From Rhizophagus irregularis (lineage: Eukaryota): a stretch of DNA of 64,000 bases. Numbering within the stretch: the stretch's first letter is position 1; every line of letters starts with the position of its first letter. The stretch covers positions 4,650,001-4,714,000 of the forward strand of contig NC_089429.1 of NCBI RefSeq assembly GCF_026210795.1, read 5' to 3'. Of this stretch, positions 63,891 through 64,000 are shown in pieces. A program made the translations under genes and the position numbers. The notes under the pieces are model-generated. The model searched no databases, was not told the origin of the DNA, and saw nothing but the letters and a program-made list of their open reading frames with translations.

Positions 63891-64000
63891 TTATTCCCAA
63901 AATTTGCGAATTAAGTCAGGAACATCCTCCTTCAACTGGTCAGCAGGTTCCCAAGTAGCCTCAGTGTCTGGATAGCGCTCCCACTTAACCAAATACTGGT
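63891..64000 (-). CDS. C-terminal chromodomain of a gene entering from the right, probably the Polinton-type integrase
   Basis: Manual translation QYLVKWERYPDTEATWEPADQLKEDVPDLIRKFWE* matches the chromodomain consensus YLVKWxGY...TWEP; not in the ORF track. Confidence 0.8.
   Translation of the reverse strand, partial: QYLVKWERYPDTEATWEPADQLKEDVPDLIRKFWE

Larger units (their letters stand above)
51591..64000. mobile_element. Polinton/Maverick-like element (left part), continuing beyond the window
   Basis: Sharp junction starting AGTCGTC, visibly higher GC, dense intronless ORFs including PolB, A32-like ATPase, SF3 helicase and a chromodomain C-terminus. Confidence 0.88.

Overview
AT-rich, intron-dense eukaryotic DNA whose gene families fit an arbuscular mycorrhizal fungus (Glomeromycotina, Rhizophagus-like; inferred, not searched). 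1-5.5 kb is a head-to-head housekeeping pair (WDR6/Trm734-like and GUF1). 8-51 kb is a repeat-rich accessory region with a five-copy tandem array of HSD17B10-like short-chain dehydrogenases (three apparently intact, two decayed), an F-box gene and three BTB-SPRY paralogues (two with nonsense codons). It also holds many mobile elements, several delimited by empty sites in neighbouring paralogous DNA (5'-truncated LINE, Helitron, Tc1/pogo- and hAT-type MITEs, MULEs), a palindromic ~60-bp satellite and an interstitial (TTAGGG)7. From 51591 to the window end lies a GC-richer, intron-free, gene-dense Polinton/Maverick-like element inserted into a MULE repeat arm. It encodes an SF3/D5-like helicase, a protein-primed-type PolB, an A32-like packaging ATPase, two F-box-like proteins and a chromodomain C-terminus (probably the integrase). 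Unusually, it also encodes a Ty3/gypsy-type Gag/capsid-like protein and a retropepsin, with no LTR and no RT after them. Nine plus-strand ORFs of the element, including the Gag-like one, share a WWTTGAA motif 21-44 nt upstream of the ATG. The element continues past the window, so its full gene content cannot be seen.
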